The notes: generated by a model not told the origin, from the sequence alone. 62,905 bases of DNA, filler included, from Intoshia linei (GCA_001642005.1; 4 parts of 4 records of this genome joined end to end with filler, not necessarily neighbours in it); one strand, 5' to 3'. Positions 38,932 to 52,343 are shown, numbered from the whole stretch's first letter. Translations and numbers: made by a program.

Positions 38932-39031
38932 NNNNNNNNNNNNNNNNNNNNNNNNNNNNNNNNNNNNNNNNNNNNTTAATTAATTAANNNNNNNNNNNNN
39001 NNNNNNNNNNNNNNNNNNNNNNNNNNNNNNN
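38932..39031. other. Assembly gap with artificial linker
   Basis: 44 N + TTAATTAATTAA + 44 N. Confidence 0.95.
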
Positions 39032-39032
39032 C

Positions 39033-39459
39033 TACATAATCTGTTTGATATTTTTTGATCAAATCAGTAGAAAAAACTTGCCAATTAAGAGGAAAGGCGT
39101 CCATGGCTTGAAATTCAAAAAGCTTATCCTTTGAGTTGCGATCTTGAATTGAAATATTTATACTACTAAATTGTCTATCAATTTTTGAACAGTCTGTCTT
39201 AGACAGCTGGAAGGAACATCAAATATTGAAGGAGGATTAACTGGCCTATATCTACCATATACTTTTTTAGTAGGATAATTCTCCGGTCTGTGTTTCTCAC
39301 GCACATATTTTTTGTAACAACATCTGAAAAAACATTAGGCATGGCACTTATCTATTTTACTTTTTCCTCTTCATTAGATGGAAATCCATAGGTTTTCATA
39401 TTCTTAGATCTTTCATCATAATTCGTACGGCAATTTGCTGAAGACCACTTTCATGGCAT
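39033..39459 (-). mobile_element. Degraded THAP-domain (P-element/THAP9-like) transposase N-terminus
   Basis: MP*KWSSANCRTNYD..KTYGFPSNEEEKVK*ISAMPNV..(frameshift)..KH.PENY..GRYRPVNPPSIF shows a THAP-like pattern with stops. Confidence 0.6.
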
Positions 39460-40447
39460 AATAAGTAGAAAATAGCTGAAAAAAGATTAAATGTTTTGAA
39501 TCTAGTAGGAATTTACCTTTTTCCCTCTACGTTAAGAGTTTTTTTTCTCTTTCCTTTACTAATAGGAAAAGATCAATATTTAACTAAATTGAAATAAAGG
39601 AAATCTTTTTAAAATTATGGAAATATTTTCATTTGAAAAAAAATTATTAAGAACTAGCGATAAACTAATTGAATATCACAATCTACAGATAAATTAGAAA
39701 AAATAAATTAATTGTTTTTGTAATTTTCATTGGTTTTGTATGTTTATTTTGTGAAATTAAATCAATATTTATGATAACTATTCATTTAAACTGAAAATAT
39801 TAAGTTTTTTTCAATTGGATTGATTAATAACCCTTCTAATATCCTAAAATAATTTTTTTTGTCAAGTCTTTCACTTGCCTAATAATCTTAGAGCAAAAAA
39901 ATCCCGCCCACAATCTTTTTTACTAAAACGCCTAGTATTTCGTTATGGTTTAAGCTGTTTTTGAGTATACTTAAATTATGGTATAATTATAATAAAATAT
40001 TCTATTAGCAATCCAATTAGTTAATTTTAATTTTAGAGAATGAACGATCAATTAAGAAATGTATAGATGTCATATTTCTGACAAAAACAATTTTAGGGGT
40101 CGACAATTTCCAACCGGTCGTGGCCTACTACTGAATCGCCACGGTCCTGTCGTAACCATAAAATATTTATGCGATTAAAGTAAATTGCGATTTTTTTTAA
40201 ATCAAAATTTGAGTAAATTTTGAATCTTTTTTTGAAAAAAATTATGAGAATACTTTTCGTGTTATTTTTGAGCGAATTTATTAACACTTGTAAATATTTT
40301 TTAAAATAATCCCGCATTTTTGCTTTATCACAATTATAATTTAATTATTAGTTTACAAATTGGATCAGTAGGGTCCTGATGATCGTATTCGACGATATTA
40401 TTCCTAGTCCATCTCTAAATGATTATTTTACTATTAAAAAAATTTAG

Positions 40448-43400
40448 ACAAAACTTTTATCCACAATGATTACATTTTTCTGTGGTATCAATCTGGATAT
40501 GATGGAATTAATGCCTGGTTAGATGCATATCATGGACACGATTTGTTGTGTAATTTTAATCATTATTTTATGTTTAGGATGATTATTATTTCATAAACAT
40601 TTTTCTAAAGTTTAGTCGACTTATAAACACATTAAGATCCGATGAAACTTTGAGATCATGTGACTTGATCATTGAACAACTAAATTATAATTTATTAAAT
40701 TTTGATAAAAATTTGAAATTGTTGTTTAGAAAATAAAATGCTTGTGAAACGTAATTTTCTAATTTACAATTAAAAAAATGAATTAAATGGTTTTAAATAT
40801 TTTAAATGCATTTAGTTGTTGGTGAAAAGGACTCAATTACCAAAAAACTGGGTTCATTAATTTTTGGAATAAACATAATTTCTCCAAATTCTCACAGTAG
40901 CAATGTGGATATTCATATGGTTGGAGATATGGGACAGGTTACTAACTTGGATATTGTTAATATTGCCGTAATTGCAACTAAAAACTTGGGCCAAAGACCG
41001 ACTATTTTTAATAGAGTAATTAAAAAAATTAATATTTCCATAAAAAGAATAATATAGTACGACCATCCATTCCAACGAAATTTCAACGGACAAATATATT
41101 CCATTTTCACAATGATTAAAATGATTTTTACTCAATCAATAGGGTTGTCAACATCAGTTCACGGATCTTTTTTGCAATATTCTGTTGAATCCCTTACGAT
41201 GGTTTTTGGGACGCGTAGTACTAAGGATACATTTAATTCAATTCAGTAATATATGAATATTAATATCAATAATAATTATAGCTGATTATAAGCAGCAACT
41301 CTTAAAAAATGATGCCTGTAAACCAGTGGTTCTCGATTTCAATAGTTTACGGACACCATTTCAAAATATTTTATTTTTTTAGACTCCAAAGAAACATGAA
41401 ATATAAAACGTTAATGAAAAAATTAAAGGGTTTTCATCATAGGATTTATTAATCGTGTTTTTAAAAAAAATATTGGAAAAAAAGGATTTTTTTATTAAGG
41501 ATTGGTAAAATTTCATTTTTTGTTTTGGATTAGGAAGTTATTGCTCATAAGATTTAGTAAAATCGGATTTTTCAAGATAATATTGGAAAAAGAGGACATT
41601 TCTCTTAAGCGTTTGTAATTTATGGTTGGAATAAGAGGTTTATCTCATAAGATTTGGTAAAATTGTGTTTTTCAAAAAAATATTGGAAAAAGGGTATTTT
41701 TCCCTCAACGGTAATTATTAAACGGTTAGTAAAATTGGATTTTTTATTTTGTGGTTCTCAACCCGTGTTCCGCGGAACCCAGGGGTTCCGTGAAATTCAA
41801 ATCCGATATTTTTCAATTTAAAGTTTTTCTAAATTACTGTTGTATACAATGAAACCACATCATTTCTCAAATTTAAATTAAATAAGTTTTAATGAAAGTA
41901 TTATACGGTGTGAGTATGGGAACCTGTAAAATGATGTTAAAAAGTAATAATAATTCAGATTATCTTTATGAGAAATGTTGTAAAGAAGGTGGGTTTTTAC
42001 TTGTCCAACTCTCTTTAAATCATTTAATTAAGTTACTTATTTCTTTATAATAATATTTAACTAAAAAGTTATCTCTCACTGGCCTGGATGCTTCTTCGTT
42101 GTGTGAGGGAGGCAACTGGTTTTACCGTCTAAATTCCATGTTATTAATTTTTGAATTCAAAATCAAATTGTTTTATATATGTGACATACGAAAAAAAATT
42201 TTGATTATGCTTTTAGGTGCCGCGATTTTTTGAAATTTCATAAGGGTTCCGCGCAGTAAAAAAGGTTGAGAAACACTGAATTAAGTGGATTTTTTCATAA
42301 GGTTGGTAAAATCGAATTTTTCATTAAAATATCGGTAAAAGTCAATTTTTTCACGCATGGTTGAAATGCTATGTTTGTTAAATTTTATTAATAGTTGGAT
42401 AAAAGTGATATTTTTGAAATAATAATGTAGCGTTCGTCTAGGCTTTGGGATAGTCAACATCTAAAAACTCTGTAATAAATGTTCTATAAAAATAAAAAGT
42501 TGATCAAAATTTTTCTATATTTAATTTGAATCTTATGGACCCCAGGCATATAATTTTAGATCCCAATCGGGAATTAGATACATAAAATTTCGTTAAGGAG
42601 AGTGCTTTTCCAAAAAAAATCCTTGTTAACGGAATGATTTTTTTTTCAGGACCAATTATTTCGTTAACGAGAAATTAGCCTGTATTTCTAAAAATGTAAT
42701 TTTTTTTCTCAATTTAATAATTATTTTGTAAAAACTTTGATATACAGTATTTAAAGATTTATAATTATAAACTCTTTTAAATTACAATAAAAACATTTAT
42801 TAGAATAATTGAAATAATTCTACGATCCGTGAATAATATGCCTCATCGATTTAATAGAAGTTTTTACTTTTATTTAATGATTAGTCTTAACAGATTTATT
42901 TCAATTCAAGAATATATGGTTTCTATAATATTGATTTTGTCGCCTCTAATTTTAAAGGTAATTTTTTATTTGTAATTTTTAAAAAATATTTATAGATGAT
43001 ATCTATCAACAGAAAAATGGATACATTTGAAAATATGAACACGGTAATCACTTATTCTTTTCATATAATTATGTTTTAGTTATATTTGACATTTTCCTTG
43101 GTTAAAAAGATTTTATTTGCAGTTTCATCAGGGTTAATTATACTGCTTTTCCCAAAAATTTTAAATGTATCTCAATTCTTGCAAGATAATTACACTGTTA
43201 TGAAAAATTTATTATTTCAATTTACTATTATTGTTTTAATTTTGACAATATACATTGCAGTTAATTCTAGGTATTTTTTTATTCATTCTTAATTTTTCAA
43301 TTTTTAAAAACTTGAAAAATCAAGTTATTATCCTAACTTATAAATTGAATTGAATAAATTGAAAAAATGGGATGACAATTGTTTTTAAAATTCTTTACGC

Positions 43401-43759
43401 AAATGTTAACAAACAAAAAATTAAGATGGAATAATTCACTTTAAAATAAAAAGTAATGTGACATGACGGTTCCAACTGAAACAAGTTTGGGAACCACTCC
43501 TTTAAAGGATTGATAATAGTGAATAGTAGGATTTTTAAGTTTTATTTTCAACATGAATTTATTTTTTGGGTATAATAAAAGAGTGCCCTCGGCAGAGCTA
43601 GGTGCTGTTTGTCCGTAGTACAAAACTGCCAAGCTAGTAATTCATATAAAATTGATTGATCAGAGTTTAAGCAAGACTAAAAACCTTAGCCTGTTAATAT
43701 TTATTTACAATTGTACAATGTATACAATTTTTATATTTTGGTTAGTTTTGACAATATAA
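40448..43759 (+). CDS. GPAA1: GPI transamidase subunit GAA1 (5' exons unresolved)
   Basis: Phase-consistent exons 40448-40549 (DYIFL..GINAWLDAYHG), 40816-41015 (KLGSL..MVGDMGQVTNLDIVN), 41058-41245 (TQSIGLSTSVHGSFLQYSVESLT), 42804-42957 (EIILRSVNNMPHRFNRSFYFYL..RFISIQEYM), 42996-43043, 43080-43270, and a likely last exon 43690-43759. Candidate upstream exons lie at ~39892-39947 and ~40037-40095. Confidence 0.85.
41420..42480. repeat. Degenerate ~30-bp tandem repeat array with a conserved terminal block (second copy at ~59400-59920)
   Basis: Repeated TTGGTAAAAT.GGATTTTT / TATTGGAAAAAAGG units. Both arrays end in AATGTAGCG.TCGTCTAGGCTTTGG..CAACATCT. Confidence 0.6.
41751..42278. mobile_element. 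hAT/Charlie-like MITE in a GPAA1 intron
   Basis: GTGGTTCTCAACC..GGTTCCGCGGAACC ... AAAAAGGTTGAGAAACACTG. Confidence 0.7.
43331..43637 (+). mobile_element. Short complete non-autonomous Helitron in the last GPAA1 intron
   Basis: A|TCCTAACTTATA ... GTCCGTAGTAC hairpin ... AAGCTAG|T. Confidence 0.75.
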
Positions 43760-46417
43760 TGCTCGAAATAAGACTACCCGTCTGACTAATGATAGGATTT
43801 AGCGTGACATAATTTCGTAATGTAATTATATTAATTTCAAGACAAATTTGATTACTAATTTTTGGACAATCATAATTGCTCCATTTATGACAAGAATTAT
43901 TTAGAATATAATTTTTGAGAGCTGTTGATGGAATAATAGAAAACAAGGTTATAAACATCATAATAATTCCCAAATATGTTGATTGAGCGTGTATTTTAAT
44001 AATTTTAAATGTAATGTATATATGAAGTATCAGTAGAGAACCAAAACAAAAACAAGCATTAAATATTATGATTATGTAAAAAATGGTGACCACATGACAA
44101 TCATGCGTTTTAATATTTTTATTTTGTGTACGATTGAAATAATTTTTGCAGCCACATTCTGTAAAGAGAGGGTGATTAGTTTTATCGTAATCTTTATTTA
44201 AAATGCAATTGCCGTAGCATGGATTGATATAATGTTTCGTGGCATTATCTTCATAGACTGCTAGTGGGTATGGTATATCAATGCAATCACATTTTTGATT
44301 TTGACATTTATCAAATTCAAATTTTTTGTTACAACTAATTAGATAGTTTGAAAGCAATATTACAATTAAAGCAAAATTTAGACAAGATATAATTATAGAA
44401 ATTACATGTATGGTTGGTTTTTTTATACGGTAAAAAATAGATCCAGTTATTAATGAACCCATGACTACACCCGTATTGAATGGAGCTTCAGTTTTTTTTA
44501 TAGACAATTCAATTGAAGTCTGGGTCATTTTTTCAAAATATTTTGCAACTAGTTCTTTGAAATTGTAATAAAACATTACTAGAAATGTGTTGCTACAAAT
44601 CAAGACAAAAAGTTTTGGTTTTAGTAAAATTTTCCATATACCCCGGTTGAATGTTTTTGTGTCAGAGTAACGAATTGTCGCGTTTTTTGTTTGATTGGTT
44701 TTGGGAGTGTTTGGTGTCTTTTTTACATTTTTGTTTCTTTTTTTATTATTTTCCCTGGTATTGTTTTTTAGTTTAACATTTTTTTTTTTTTTTGGAATAT
44801 TGACATGATTTATTGAATTATGTGAAATTTTTATTTTGGTCAGTTCATTTACCTTGTTCTTTAAATTTCTTGTAAATTGGTAAATGAACAATATTATGGA
44901 AAGGTCTAATGACAAGATTGCTATTAACGTATAAATAGGATCAACATTTTTGATGTTTTTAAATAATTCCATTTTTATTAAATTCAGGGACCCTCCTTTA
45001 TATGCATCCATTGTAAATGACGCAAATGTAATGTATGATCCAATTAATTGAAATAAAAAATATGCTGCAATCATTACTGCAAAATGTAAAATGTTGTTTT
45101 TGGGTTGTTTGATTTTTATGTACATTACTGAATTTATTACAAAAAGGCTAGATCCTATTCCATAAAATAATTTTCCTATTGATAATAAAACACCGACCAG
45201 GACGTAGTAATTTGTTCGCAAATTAATAAACATTGGAGTAATGCAGTTGTATTTTAAAATAATGTCTCGAGAAAGTTTATCGTAATATATATGGTGATTT
45301 AAATTTTCAACGCTGTATTCATTGGGACATGTTACAAATAATAAGGTGTTTTCCAAACTATGTTCGTATACTGTGTCTTGTTCGTATAGTGTCATTTTTT
45401 TTAAATAAAAATGCTCTATTGTATGTAATATTAATAATGACATTGTGTATATAATTTTAAATGATAATCCTACACATATTTTTCTTGGTTTATTTCCTGA
45501 ATTAGACATGTAACCGTTATATAATATTGCCAGCAAAAAGAATATTTTGTCGAAATTCTAAAATAAATATAAATTTTATAAGTAAAATGTTTAAAAGCAA
45601 AATTTTGGTCTCAAAACTATCTACAAAATCTTTTTAAAAATGATAGAAAAACATATTCCTTTAAAACCCCTAGAATTTTGGGACCAAAATTTTCTTCAAA
45701 ATCTTTAAAAAATGAAAAAAAAAATATCCCCTTAAAAAACCTACAAAATTTTGGTCCCAAAATTTACATTAATTTTGACGTGGTAGCTTCAATGGCGTGA
45801 ATAAAAAAAATATTTATTTCAACCATAATTTTAACCAACTACCAGTGCCGAACCTACCATATCCGAGATACCCCTTTAGAGGGATTTCGACAAATTTTTT
45901 GACCCGCCAATATTAAAATTTAGTGGGAAATACCGATACTTGTTAAAAAAAATTGAAATTCTTGAAATAATTAATAATGTCAACAAAATTTCCGAGGTTT
46001 TGTATTGGTCTGTTCTTCCGAGTTAAAAATTTTTCTTACAACTTCTTTATTTTTATAGTGGCCCTTTTTAATTTTCAATTTCAAAATTTTATAGAATATA
46101 TAATTTTATTGTAGTTTTCTAGTTATTGTCTCATTTTTGAATTGTGTGTACTCGGCATGATCATTGATTATTATTCTTTTTATAAAATTTTTTTGAAAAT
46201 AACCATTAATGGATCCAATTCTGAGACAAAGTATCCAGCATTAAGTAAGATCTAAGTAAATCGATATGAAATGAGTTTTTACAATGTTTACCTTTTCTTC
46301 AAAATAATGGCCAAAATATGAGGTTATAGTCAAACTAATGATGGAAATTGTACTTAAAACTGTAAATGTGTTAAAATTGACCAATTTATTATTAAAATGC
46401 TCCATATATTTTGAATA
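43731..46417 (-). CDS. Divergent organic anion transporting polypeptide (OATP/SLCO)-like MFS protein
   Basis: Large exon 45557-43731 plus exons 46251-46204 and 46417-46292. Multiple TM segments, a Kazal-like Cys-rich loop (CQNQKCDC..YINPCYGNC..FTECGC) and C-terminal NNSCHKWS..C..C typical of OATPs. The start exon is unresolved (possible ATG at ~46571). Confidence 0.75.
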
Positions 46418-47313
46418 CTATATAACTTTTAAAATTAATGCATCATTGGTCCCAGATTCCTTTAGATATGTTTAGTAACATTGAAACAAACTTTATACTT
46501 GGATTGTTAACTATTAAATGCTTTTGTTTGTCAATTTTTAACGTTGGTGAAACATACATATATTTATTCATATATTTGGATTTATCCTTGTTTTCGTCAT
46601 TTTCCAATATATAATACAATCATTAGTAAAAGTTTTTAATAACAGCTTTTACGATTTTATATACATGCACCAAATTTAGTACACATCAAACTTAATTTAC
46701 ATTAATATAACCTCATATCGTTACACTATAGGACAAATTAAGAGAACAAAATGTATAATTATGACTATTATAATAGTTATTGTGTACTATTTTTTCATTT
46801 TAATGTAACGTTTTGGTTTGATTTTAATTATTAAACACATAATATGCATTTTGAAGTTTAATAATTTTTTCAAGATAATTTATAATATATATAATAATAC
46901 ATATATGTATATTAAAATTGATTTTTGTCCGGGAATATGTAAGTTTCTGAGGATAGAATTTATACTTGATCGAGACAAAGCTGTATCAAAATTTGTGTTA
47001 TTTAAAATTGTAGGACCCTTAGTTATGAATAATTTAATAACACACAAACCAAGAGTTTTATATAAGTGAGGATTATATATTTCTATATTGTCGACATACT
47101 CCGTTATTTGAGAATATCGGCTTTTGATTAATCATACTGATCAGCAAGGTTGACTTCTTTATGCTCGAGGTTACTACCGAAGAAAATAAAATAGACAAGT
47201 CGGACGGCATAGTCCAGCCGGCATCTAAAAAATAATATGCTAAGCTATCCATGAAGGATATTATTTAAATGGATGAATCTTTAAAAATGTTATATTTTTT
47301 AATGGACCATTGT

Positions 47314-47935
47314 CAGAGCCGTTTTAAAGCATGGGCGATATGGGGTGTAGCTCAGGGCCCCAAATTAATAAAAGTACTTTACATTTATATCTTAAAAAGA
47401 GGCCCAAATTTATTAAAAAATACTTTATATTTATATTTTAAGAATGAGTTTATAAGTTTTGAAGTTTATTGAAGTTTGAACTTTTTCTAAACTAAAAATA
47501 ATTAAGAATGAACTTCGAAATTGCTTAGCTCAACCTTGTTTGAATACGCTCTCTTTATAGTCAATTGAGAATGATATCAGTTTTATAATATCATATCTGA
47601 TTTCTCTCAGAAAAAAGTGAGAAAACAACATTGGTGACGAATTGTCAAGAAATTTTTGTGACTGCATGGTGCATATTTTTAAATGAAAAAGTAAACTTTG
47701 TTCATTAATTAATGTAAGTAGGTTTTTGTAAAATAAGTAAAAGTTAATAGAAACCTACATAATATTTTTTAATGCTTTTATTAACACTCAATGAAATAAA
47801 ACTCTAAATCTCCAAACAACATATGCCGTCTTCTAAACAGGTGACCTAAATTTTGTATATCGCTTCGCTCAAAATTTTAAAGGGCCCCGGCCCTTTGCTT
47901 AACCCAAGACCCCGAAGTGGCTTAAGACGGCTGTG
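47314..47935 (+). mobile_element. hAT non-autonomous element retaining a transposase C-terminal relic
   Basis: TIRs CAGAGCCGTTTTAA / TTAAGACGGCTGTG with TSD ACCATTGT/ACAATTGT. Internal IIKNELRN..SIEND resembles the hATC dimerisation region. Confidence 0.75.
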
Positions 47936-48234
47936 ACAATTGTTATATAAATTTGAATTTTATTTAAATAAAATTACACTGCTCATAACCAAAAACATGC
48001 AAGGTCGATGAATACATCATCTTTTTCGTCTCACTGAACTGGTCGACGCTATAACAATATTATTTTTCAATCACGTCCAGATTTTTTTTAATTGACGGTA
48101 AAGTTGCAAAAATATCAAAAATAGGGGGTTTTCAAAGCCATCTTAAACACAATTAGAAACGACAACTATGTATTTTATGAAGCATCATACATATATAATA
48201 TATTAATTAATGTCATACTATATTTTGTTTAATA

Positions 48235-48334
48235 NNNNNNNNNNNNNNNNNNNNNNNNNNNNNNNNNNNNNNNNNNNNTTAATTAATTAANNNNNNNNNN
48301 NNNNNNNNNNNNNNNNNNNNNNNNNNNNNNNNNN
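48235..48334. other. Assembly gap with artificial linker
   Basis: 44 N + TTAATTAATTAA + 44 N. Confidence 0.95.
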
Positions 48335-48490
48335 TGCGACTGTCAATTTTTTCAATAAATGGTTACACACACAGACATTCATTTTTATATAAGTAAAGGA
48401 TTTACAAATTTTCAAAATAAACTTTGCATTATTGAAACTAATATTTGATAAAGTTCTGTTGTAATTATAATTGTTTGTGATTTTTATTAT

Positions 48491-51400
48491 ATGGTTTTGA
48501 TGGTAAATTTTAGTGAAAAAATTTCACTAGAAGGACTCAAAATATTCAATAGTTTGTTTTCTATTTACAAACCTCCTTTCACAACTGTTAAATCTGTCAA
48601 AACTAGCATTCTTCATAATATTTGTGCAAGTTTAATTTAATTTCTTTTATTACACATTTTTAATAGATCAAAAGATATTACCGGCAAGACCTATTCGAAA
48701 CATTTTGTCAATTAATTCTAATAATGTAAAACATAGTCAAATTATTCAAGATTACTCTGATCATCCATTAGGTACATTATTACATGGTGCGACAAAATTA
48801 AATTTTTTTTAAGGTAATCGGATAATTTTAATTTATTATTGATCTACTCACTACTAGGAGTATAATGATATATAATAATACATTTTACAGATCGTTAACT
48901 CATATTATATACGTGGAAAGTGTATATTTTGATCAAAAAAAGTTTTCTATGGAACTAAAGTATAAGTATGTAAAATGTGATTTTTAAAACAAATTTTATA
49001 TTAACAAATAATATAAATACATATTAATGTTTGGTCAGAGATCCACCACAAAAAATCTCGCATAATTCATAATGAAATTAATTTAATTTACAATGTTAAC
49101 GAATAAGTTTATTTGGGTTAAAGTAGTCATGTAAATCTAGAATATTAATAGTCGAATTAGTTTTGATGACGATCTGAAAAAACTACCTGCTCTCTGAATT
49201 GAGAGGATTATAATGATATATATTTTAACTTGTTACATTTTTAATGTCGCACCATGTTATACACTATATATCAAATTGTTCTATATATCTTTATTTTGAT
49301 GGTAATATACATTATTTTATTTTTATAAATTATTGACCATTATTCCACTTTTGTTAATTATTTATTAATTTATTAATAAAATGCGTGTAAAGAGTAGGTT
49401 TACATAAAAACGGTCAGACAGTCATAAGGACTGTTATAAAAAATACCAAAATAGGTAAATTTTCAATGGATAAACTAAAATTTACTCTAAAAATGTTATT
49501 CCGGCTATCCCGATAAATTTAGGACTATGGTATGTTATTTTAGATACTCAGAATCACCAATAATGATATAACAAATATATACTTTTTGAAACACCTTAAT
49601 ATACATTGACTTTTATTTATTTGCTTTGTTGTAAGTTTAAACAGAACATTTATTTAGTTGTTGGTCCAAGATATATACCTAAAGAAATAATCCTCGAGAA
49701 TGCTAATTATTTAAACTTCAAAACGTCTGGTGTTTTAGGTATTGATTTTATTTATCAAGTAAAGCAGTGTTTGGAATGGGGAAAATTTTAAATAAAATCT
49801 TAATGGACAATGGAAAATTTATTCTACTTCAAACTAATTACTAAACTTTTTTTGTCATGGACCCTAATTTGAAGTATGCAAATTTCATGCATCCTAAAAA
49901 AAATAATGATTCTTAATTGCATTACGTTTTTTTACTTTTCAAATATTTAAATATATTTAATGTCTCATGATCCCTCGATAATTTCAATATTTTTCATTCG
50001 TGTTCCATAATACCAGTTTTCCATCCCCATTCTACGTTGTTGTATTTTAATGAAATCTATGATTCGTTCATGTCGGTGTCATGTTTTGATGAATTAGATA
50101 AAGAGAAAACATACGAAATGCCAATTAAAAATAGAACATTGTGTTAACTTATTATAAAATAAATCTTTACGAATATAACCATTTTTCTTTTATAATGTTA
50201 CTAACCGACTGGATGTTTGAGTTTTGAAAGGAATTTTAGATACTTTTCGTTTCAATGGAATATTATTTTTTATTTAATAATTAATTAGTTTTTTCATTTG
50301 AAAACGGTTTAAAAAAGCTCAGACTGTTAAACAAAACAAATCCTATTTCAGTAATTTTTTGTAATAAATATTATTAATTTTTTTAATTTACTTTAGGTGT
50401 ATAGACTAAAATGTCGATTGGGTATACGAATGAATGAATCCAGTATAATTAATAGGATAAAAGGAAAATATCAGACTGGTAATCTATGTTATATGTATTG
50501 TAATGCATGTATATTAATTGACAGCAAATGATTTCACTTGCGGGTCAAATAATCTCGAAATGAAAAATTCCTTCGCTGAAACATTTCGAATTTTCCAACT
50601 ACAATTTAATATTGATAATTAATTTATTTTCGTGTCAGTAATAACAAATTTCTAATCATCTTGACATGATTATATGATAAACTGTAACATTAAAAGTATT
50701 GACCGATCGCGTTTTTTGAATCCTTCACATCTTATCCTAACTTATATAATTATATATATGTTACGCGATTTTTGTTTGTGTGTGTTCCACTTTATTGAAA
50801 TAACTACCAGTCTTAAAATTTTATAAAGTCCACATTTCAATTACAGTTTTTTTCGGGACGTATAATAAGATAAATTTCAACCTCCAATTTTACATTTTAC
50901 GAGTCAAAAATCCCAACCTCTTTTTGAAAATCAAACAAGTTGGAGAATTTAAAAAAATATATACGCTGATACGGATTTTAAAATCATAAAAATTATCATA
51001 AATATGGGTGAATATCTATATAATTCATTCCTTCGGAATTTTTTTATTGCTACTCAATTTTTAAATTTCAAACTATCATTTTCAAAACATTTAAATAAAA
51101 AGTACAACAACGACACTAAAAGTAATACAACTTTGTTATTATCATTTATATATTTATTAAATTGGTACTGAATTTTGGTATAATAAAATGTGCCCTCGGC
51201 AGAGCTAGGTTCTGTTTGTACGTAGTACATAACAGTCAACATAGTCAAATATAAGTATTGATTGTTCTTTCAGAAAATATTAAGAGAAGATTTTATTATA
51301 ATTATAATGTTGATCAAACTCCAAAAAAATTCAACTTTTAGTTGATTTCCCGCCCTTGAGCACTACTATAGCATTATTGAATTTTAAAATTAATTAATGA

Positions 51401-52265
51401 AAAGAAAAAATTTTCAATTTACCTTCCAGAAAGTCTAAAAATAATGATTAGTCATATATTTATTTTGGTGAGGTACGAATTCGAAATTAATACTTTAGTA
51501 AACACATATTTTTTATTATTAAGCTGTGTTTATGCGCTAACTTTTCATAACTTTATACTCGAAAACGTGATTATTTTATTAATATCTAATGGGATGTTAT
51601 GTTTCAAATATATCTGACAATTTTTAGATCATATTGATCAAAATCGAATCGAAAAAGTCATTAGCAATATTGAATCTACCAGTAGAACTTGGTTAATTAG
51701 GTACAATACTGTTTAAACAAATTTTTTTAAGTTAAAACTCATCCAGCATCTAATTTATTTGATCTCGCATGCAGGTTACATGCTACATTGTAGCCAGCTC
51801 TAATCAATTTTATACTTATGATGAGATAAGGGTCTATGAATACCGAAACATCAGAAATATTATTTAGATTTGCAAATATAGATATACAAAGCATGGAATG
51901 CTTTAATTTATATTCTACCGGAAACATTTCAAAATTAAAATCAAAAACAAATGAAGCTTTAATAATTCACGTCAGATGCATTTCATTTGATAATCCATTT
52001 TTTGAAATTGGTTACTTTTACACTATGCAAAAATAATTATTTATTAGAACTTTCCAACATAAACTCTGAAATTAAACACATACAAGAATTTATTCAAATT
52101 CTTGGTAAACAAATTCGATGTTTTGTTGGTCTAGATTCCATACGTTGTATACGATACGGCGAAATTACTGCAGACATGTCATTACCAAAAACACACAACC
52201 AGTGGAACCTTGAAAACATTATGATAAACATGAAAGAAATTGAGGAAAAATGTGCCCCTCAATAA
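48491..52265 (+). CDS. TRUB2: Mitochondrial TruB-family pseudouridine synthase-like TRUB2, 300 aa
   Basis: Eight phase-consistent exons: 48491-48629, 48667-48771, 49658-49738, 50289-50350, 50397-50478, 51628-51700, 51868-52010, 52048-52265. Motifs NSLFSIYKPP, DYSDHPLVVGPRY, TSGVL, VYRLKCRLG, DHID..IEKVI, RCISFDNPFF, IRCIRYG, WNLENI. Confidence 0.88.
48783..49256. mobile_element. MITE with TTA TSD (PIF/Harbinger-like) in TRUB2 intron 2
   Basis: TTA|CATGGTGCGACA ... TGTCGCACCATG|TTA. Confidence 0.65.
50735..51244 (+). mobile_element. Non-autonomous Helitron with both ends, in TRUB2 intron 5
   Basis: A|TCCTAACTTATATAAT ... GTGCCCTCGGCAGAGCTAGG..GTACGTAGTAC..CATAG|T. Confidence 0.75.
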
Positions 52266-52343
52266 AAATATACAAGTACAGTGTATTATGTACAATAAAA
52301 ATGAAACAACAATAAAATATTTACATTGAAATGTTTGAATTTT

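Noticed and set aside
47269-47472. ORF-track 67-aa protein (likewise 12784, 28246, 40093, 43441, 51054)
   Set aside because: These fall within MITE or Helitron sequence and are not host genes.
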